A DNA stretch of 64,000 nucleotides, from the NCBI GenBank assembly GCA_951406725.2, contig OX597821.1, forward strand, positions 107,508,001-107,572,000, given 5' to 3'. A model generated the notes under the pieces. It did not search any database. It had not been told where the DNA came from and saw only the letters and a program-made list of their open reading frames with translations. A program made the position numbers and the translations under genes. The number at the start of each line of letters is the position of its first letter. The stretch's first letter is position 1. Positions 57,630 to 64,000 of the stretch are shown here, piece by piece. The stretch is from Octopus vulgaris. Taxonomy: Eukaryota.

Positions 57630-57912
57630 TATGGACATCACGGCCTTCTCCCAACTCCACTTCCCACCTGGCGGAAACGCGCGGCGGGCAGCTGAAGACG
57701 TGGTTTACGACGATTAAGGAGGACCTCTCCGTGCTCACGGGACCGCAGGTGGTCGGCCTGCGCCGATGGAACCGTGACTGGCTCGCTATCTCCAGTGAAC
57801 TGGCACAGGGCCGTCGGGCGTGGGCTGCCATGGTTCGAGATGCTTCGAGGGTGGCAGAAGAAGCCGACTCAACCCGCTCAGTGGGAATGTCGCCACAAGT
57901 ACAAGAGTAAGT
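57630..57912 (+). mobile_element. GC-rich RTE-clade LINE 3' end
   Basis: WRKR-GGQLKTWFTTIKEDLSVLTGPQVVGLRRWNRDWLAISSELAQGRRAWAAMVRDA (one frameshift). CAAGTA-type tail. Confidence 0.75.
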
Positions 57913-58323
57913 ATATACGTTATATTTTAGTGTATAATAAAGTATTTTACATGCATGCACTAGTATGCCATAAAAAGCATAGTACAATAGCGTTATACAC
58001 TTCATAGTATTGTAGTAAGTCTTAATAAACCTTTATCGGCGGTAATATGACGTCACGGTCATGTTGGCCGAATAGGTATAATTATTAGTTCCCCATTGGT
58101 TAAAATTACTGCCCATATTTGAATTGTAACTTTCGTCAAAGAGAAATATTTCACGAAATACGGTTCTTAGAATTCAGATATGAGCAGTTATAAAAACCAT
58201 GATTTGGGGGGAAAATAAACCAGTGTTCTCTGGTTGTCACACGATTCCACGACACTCACTCTCTTGAGATATTGGCTACTGCCATGCCAGGTCTTTTGTC
58301 TAATTCAACAAGGCTATTTTGAA

Positions 58324-58690
58324 TCTTTATATATAAAGCTGAAGTTGTCTGTGTGTGGCAGGTTTGGTAGCTTTCAACTAACACTATCTCCTCCGTGACC
58401 CTGCGGCGCAAGTTGACCAAAATTGAGAGTATGATAGAAGAAGGCTTGCTCTTAATTTGTTAAGACCAAAAATTATTTACATCAAAAAGGCACTTTTTTA
58501 CTATGAAAATCCCTATTTTTTACGATTTTTTTACTGCTGTGTTGCCCTTTCTCGGTGTATTTCAACCAGAAAAATGTTCACTTAAAGAGAATAACAAGCT
58601 ACATAATGCAAAATTTTTACTTTTCAAAAATTCCAATTCTAAAGGGTCGAAAAGAAAATAAACCCGAGCAACGCCGGGCTATACTGCTAG
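58324..58690 (+). mobile_element. Non-autonomous Helitron-like element nested in an older repeat
   Basis: A|TCTTTATATATAAA start, CCCGAGC-AAC-GCCGGG hairpin, CTAG|T end. The empty site is visible in a paralogous repeat near 30868. Confidence 0.85.
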
Positions 58691-59408
58691 TTGTTGTTTA
58701 AAACTCTTGTAGCTTAGTTATGGAAGAATTAGTTCAAATAAATTTTATGTCGTAATTCTCTACGACAGTCTTGTTTTGACTTATAAAAATGTACTGTAAA
58801 TATTAAATGTACGCAAATAAATCAATTTAGTAAATAATTTCTTTTTGTTCATTTTCTTCAACCTGTTGATGAAATTTTTGTAACTATGAAACTGTTGCTA
58901 TACCGGTGAAAAAGAATAAGCTTTATTATCTTCAACATACATACATGCACGTTCATCGTCTTGGTGTGTATAACTCACCACAGAGTTTATATAGTCTGAT
59001 TTATGCATGGTGATAAATACTTAGAATTAAGTTATAAGAGACGAATTTATCACCATAGATTCCTACTCAAGAAATATTGATATTTATTATAATTTCAAAT
59101 CGAACACGTGATGAATACTCTTACTCTCTCTTTACTCTTTTACTCTTTTACTTGTTTCAGTCATTTGACTGCGGTCATGCTGGAGCACCACCATTTTTCG
59201 AATAAAATCGACCCTAGTACTTATTTCTTTGTAAGCCTAGTACTTATTCTATCGGTCTCTTTTTGCCGAACCGCAAAGTGACGGGAACGTAGACACACCA
59301 GCATCGGTTGTCAAGCGATAGTGCGGGGGAGGACAAACACAGACACAAACAACAAACACATACATACATATATATACACAAACATAAAACACATAGATAC
59401 ATATATAT

Positions 59409-59472
<64 letters not shown>

Positions 59473-59481
59473 ATATATATG

Positions 59482-59551
<70 letters not shown>

Positions 59552-59638
59552 CTTTATTTAAAGCAGCAGAAAATTCTACAAAACCTGTTACTCTGAGTTT
59601 CGCGTTGCCGATCATCGGACAGTTTATGTGTTTACTCC

Positions 59639-59711
<73 letters not shown>

Positions 59712-60819
59712 ATATTCGACGGGCTTCTTTCAGTTTCCGCCTACCAAATCCACTCACAAGGCTTTGGTCGGCCCGAGGCTATAGCAGAAGACACTTGCCC
59801 AAGGTGCCACGCAGTAGGACTGATCCCGGAACCATGTGGTTGCGCCTAGATAAAAATCATCTAATTGTTATAGATAAATTTCCGCTATTATAAATTGTCA
59901 TTCGTCATTTCTTCTCAATATTCACGCCGGTTATAAACTAGGTGATCAATCCACAATTACATTAATAACCATTCCTTAATCGCTTTTTTGGGGGTTTATG
60001 GGGCAATATTTGGGGGGTAAATAAATGAAGTTAGCTGAATCCTTATCACGCCGGAAAGAAAACACGGCATTTCTTCCGACTTAACGTCCTGAGTTCAAAT
60101 GCAGTAGGGATCGACTTTGCCTTTTATCTTTTCGGGGCCGATAAAATAATTACCAGTTGAGTGTTGGATTCGATGCAATCGGCTTAACTCCACCTTCCAA
60201 ATTATTGACTTTGCACCAAAATTTATTTCTTAATTGCCCACAGGGGGCTAAATATAGAGGGGACAAACAAGGGAAAAGGGATTAAGTTGATTATATCGAC
60301 CCCAGTGCGTTACTGGTACTTATTTAATCGACTCCGAAAGGATGAAAGGCAAAGTCGACCTCGGCGGAATTTGAACTCAGAACGTAGCGGCAGACGAAAT
60401 ACCTATTTCTTTACTACCCACAAGGGGCTAAACACAGAGGGGACAAACAAGGACAGACAAACGGATTAAGTCGATTATATTGACCTCAGTGCGTAACTGG
60501 TACTTATTTAATCGACCCCGAAAGGATGAAAGGCAAAGTCAACCTCGGCGGAATTTGAACTCAGAACGTAACGGCAGACGAAATACCGCTAAGCATTTCG
60601 CCCGGCGTGCTAACGTTTCTGCCAGCTCACCGCCCTTTGCACCAAAATTTGGAACTAATTTTTGTGGTAACAAACGACATGATGAAACTTCTGGAGTACA
60701 TGCAGGAGCAACATTTACCTATAGATACAATGATTGGACGCAACGTTAGTGCTTTATCCTGGAGTCAATGGGCATTTCGGGTCTTACTACCCACACAAAC
60801 ACACACACACGCACGCACT

Positions 60820-61260
60820 CATCCGGTTGAGGTGACCCGTTCTTGGCTGATCAAGTCTAGATGTATCCAAGCATCATTCTTCCAACTTCCATCGATCAAT
60901 TATTCTTTGTCTGAGCCATCTAAATTCTTTCTCCGTAACCTCTGTCTCATTCTTGGTGGCACTTTTTCTACAAACAGTCGAATAACCCAGAATTCCATAG
61001 GCCTCGTTCAGATTACATCCTGCGAAACTTCGACTGCGAAACCTCCACTCGTAAACACTGCATTCTCCACCATTTCTTGCGGCAGACCTCTACCCATTTT
61101 TTGTGACTGGGATCCCTTTACTTCTCAAGCCTCCTCCATCCCTTCCCCTAGGACACGCTTAATTCCATTACCTCTTGTTGCCTTGAAAAGAAAACCAAGA
61201 TACTGACTGACCTCATCAAGGTCTGGATGATATGAGCTGGAAATTTCAGTAATTCTCTTT
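60820..61260 (-). mobile_element. Degenerate RLE-type (HERO-like) non-LTR retrotransposon 3' fragment
   Basis: With frameshifts reads PDL...MELSVS*GEGMEEA*EVK...VEVCRKKWWRMQCLRVEV..RSFAG...EAYGILG...TEKEFRWL, like the ELTVPWE..MEEA...VEVGCRGFAG endonuclease end. Confidence 0.6.
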
Positions 61261-61684
61261 GGAGATTGCTCAACTTCATGCGAATACTAGTATTTAGTAC
61301 AAAATACTTGAACGTTCCTTTGCTTATAGTTGTTAGTGCAGATCGCGTTTTCAGTGTCCGTTTACAAAATTACGCAATTATTTTCTCAATCAGTCTATTC
61401 AGCGGTTATGGAGCCCTGACCTGTCGTAGGGTGAGAATCTAATTAAATTCGTGCAGAAGCTGCTTCTATGATGCAACAACCATTCTGTCGATTTCTCTGC
61501 AATGAAGGAATCCGTTACGCATATAAATTTTTTTGATTCCACATGTAAATAATATTGTATGCTGTATGTTACGTATATTGTATGCTGTATAAGACTATAC
61601 GATTCTGTTAGTTTTTTCCGTGCAAACTGCTCTCGGATGTGTTATATTGGAATTATTTCCATCCCAGGTATAAAGACTCCAATT

Positions 61685-61729
<45 letters not shown>

Positions 61730-61870
61730 GTCGTCGTCGTCATCGTCATCACCGTCGTCACCATTTTAATCAAAAACATCACATCATCATCATCATCATT
61801 ATCATCATCATCGCCATCATCTTGATCACAACCACCATTAACACTGATATCATCATCATCATCATCATCA

Positions 61871-61901
<31 letters not shown>

Positions 61902-62111
61902 GTCATCCTCCTCCTCCTCCTCCTCTTTCTCGCCGTCGTCGTAGCATCATCATCACCCTCATCATTATCACCAGAATCATCATCACCATCATCATCATAA
62001 TTCATTATCATAAACATCATCATAATCGTCATCATCATCATCACCATCATCATCATCACAATTTTCAGTATTCTTTCTTTCTTTTTTTCTTTCATTCTTT
62101 CTTTCTTTCAT

Positions 62112-62164
<53 letters not shown>

Positions 62165-62384
62165 ATTGCATGTGTGCACTACACAAACAGCGAAGAGTTG
62201 TGAAAACAAGGCAAATGCGAATACGAGCAGGATAAATCTTTTTTTTTTTATTTTTCTTGTTATTGTTCATTATTTTGCTTGTTTGTTTTCTTTGTTTATT
62301 TTCTCTTCTGTTGAAAGAAATCCGTCCAATAACAAAGCAACACAATGTACGGGTAGGTGGGTGTGTGTATGTGTGTGTGTGAGA

Positions 62385-62910
62385 GAGAGAGAGAGAGGGA
62401 GAGAAGGAATGTGTGAAGGAGAGAGGGAGTGAGGGAAATGGAGGGGGAGTGAGTAAATGAGTGAGTGAGTGAGTGAGTGAGTGAGGGACTGAGTGAATGA
62501 GTGAATAAGAGAGGGAGAGGGGGAGGTAGGAGTGAGTAAGTGAGTGAGTGAGTGAGTGAATTAGTGAGTGAATGAGTGAGAGAGAGAGGGAGGGAGGAGT
62601 GAGTGAGTGAGTAAGAGAGGGAGGGAGGGAGGGTTGGAGGAGGGAGGGAGGGTTGGAGGAGGGAGGGAGGGTTGGAGGAGGGAGGGAGGGAGGGATTGAG
62701 TGAATAGGTGAATGAGAGAGGGAGGGAGGGTTGGAGGAGGGAGGGAGGGAGGGATTGAGTGAATAGGTGAATGAGAGAGGGAGGGAGGTAGGGTAGGAGG
62801 AGAGAGGGATGGATTGAGTGAATAAGTGAGTAAGAGAGGGAGGGAGAGAGGGAGGAATGAGTGAGTGAGTGAGGGAGAGAGGGAGTGAGGGAGGGAGGGA
62901 GGGAGGGAGT
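62385..62910. repeat. Purine-rich (GAGT)n/(GAGG)n low-complexity tract with internal duplications
   Basis: Directly visible. GGGATTGAGTGAATAGGTGAATGAGAGAGGG recurs about 60 bp apart. Confidence 0.9.
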
Positions 62911-63234
62911 GCGTGAGCCTTAGCGTTTCTGTCTTGTATTCGTTGCAGTGATTTCTCTTAGCTTTTCCTTGTCTCAGTCATTGGGCTGCGACCATGCCGG
63001 AGCACTGCATTGAAGTGTCTTGCTCCCAAACAAACGTCAGGTACTCCCGATTAGTTACGGAGACGTAATCAAACTAACACCGGTTGTCTGGCCGGTAGTA
63101 GAAGGACAAGCACACACACAAACACACACACACTTAGTACACTCTGTTACGTGTACCTGGTTATACCCTTTACGTGTACTTTACGTGTACTCGGCTATAT
63201 TCTTTCAATATTTCTTTTTTTTCTCTTATTTCAG

Positions 63235-63358
63235 TATGGTGAATAACGGTTGCATCAAAGATAGCAGTGGATCACGTACGGGCTTCCGTAGTATTTATAT
63301 TACTGGAGATCGCAGAAGAAAGAAAACTACAGAAGAAGATGATAAAACGAAGATGCAG
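63235..63358 (+). CDS. Class A neuropeptide GPCR, probable ICL3 exon with GC donor
   Basis: Long pyrimidine tract, then tttcag|T ATG...ATG CAG|gcaagt. Phase 2 entry fits the previous exon (AG+T = Ser). Translates MVNNGCIKDSSGSRTGFRSIYITGDRRRKKTTEEDDKTKMQ, ending where a TM6-opening V-x-K-M-L motif would be expected. Confidence 0.75.
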
Positions 63359-63414
63359 GCAAGTGTTGTTACGAAGATTTATAAAAACAAATAGGATGAC
63401 GCTGACGACGATAA

Positions 63415-63421
63415 AAATAAT

Positions 63422-63459
<38 letters not shown>

Positions 63460-63594
63460 CAACAATAACAACAAAAATAATAGTTATAATAACAAGAACA
63501 ACAATAATAACTATAATAATAATAATAATAACAACAACAACAATAACAACAAAGATAATAGTTATAATAACAAGAACAACAATAATAACTGTAA

Positions 63595-63625
<31 letters not shown>

Positions 63626-64000
63626 AACAACAACAACAACAACAGCAACAACAACAATAACAACAAAAATAATAGTTATAATAACAAGAACAACAATAAT
63701 AACTATAATAATAATAATAATAAGAAGAAGAAGAAGAAGAAGAAGAAGAACAACAACAACAACAACAACAATAACAACAAAAATAATAGTTATAATAACA
63801 AGAACAACAATAATAACTATAATAATAATAATAAGAAGAAGAAGAAGAAGAACAACAACAACAACAACAACAATAACAACAAATAATAGTTATAATAACA
63901 AGAACAACAATAATAACTATAATAATAATAATAATAATAATAATAAGAAGAAGAAGAAGAAGAAGAAGAAGAACAACAACAACAACAACAACAACAATAA
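63415..64000. repeat. Higher-order AAT/AAG/AAC compound microsatellite
   Basis: Anchor ATAATAGTTATAATAACAAGAACAACAATAATAACT recurs five times, separated by variable (AAT)n(AAG)n(AAC)n. Confidence 0.9.

Noticed and set aside
60607-61206. 199-aa plus-strand ORF
   Set aside because: Begins in a SINE and is antisense to a decayed retrotransposon.
63415-64000. CRISPR-like repeat-spacer pattern
   Set aside because: The spacers are simple trinucleotide runs, the context is eukaryotic, and there are no cas genes.

Overview
AT-rich, microsatellite- and retroposon-dense eukaryotic DNA. The SINE repertoire is typical of coleoid cephalopods, probably Octopus (inference). The whole window appears to lie inside one + strand rhodopsin-class neuropeptide GPCR gene. 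Four short exons (14020-14141, 37020-37143, 42063-42265, 63235-63358) splice in frame to 191 aa covering ECL1-TM3(ERY)-TM4-ECL2-TM5-ICL3, and the last exon appears to use a non-canonical GC donor. TM1-2 and TM6-7 were not found here. The introns hold tRNA-derived SINEs with shuffled modules, CR1-, RTE-, R4/Dong- and HERO-like LINE fragments, mariner remnants and two Helitron-like elements. Most notably, several unrelated repeat families each carry a minimal type I hammerhead-ribozyme fold (Penelope/retrozyme-like), often in inverted repeats and next to (TA)n. All folds and alignments were done by eye, and repeat boundaries are approximate. Nearly all ORFs in the supplied track are microsatellite artefacts.
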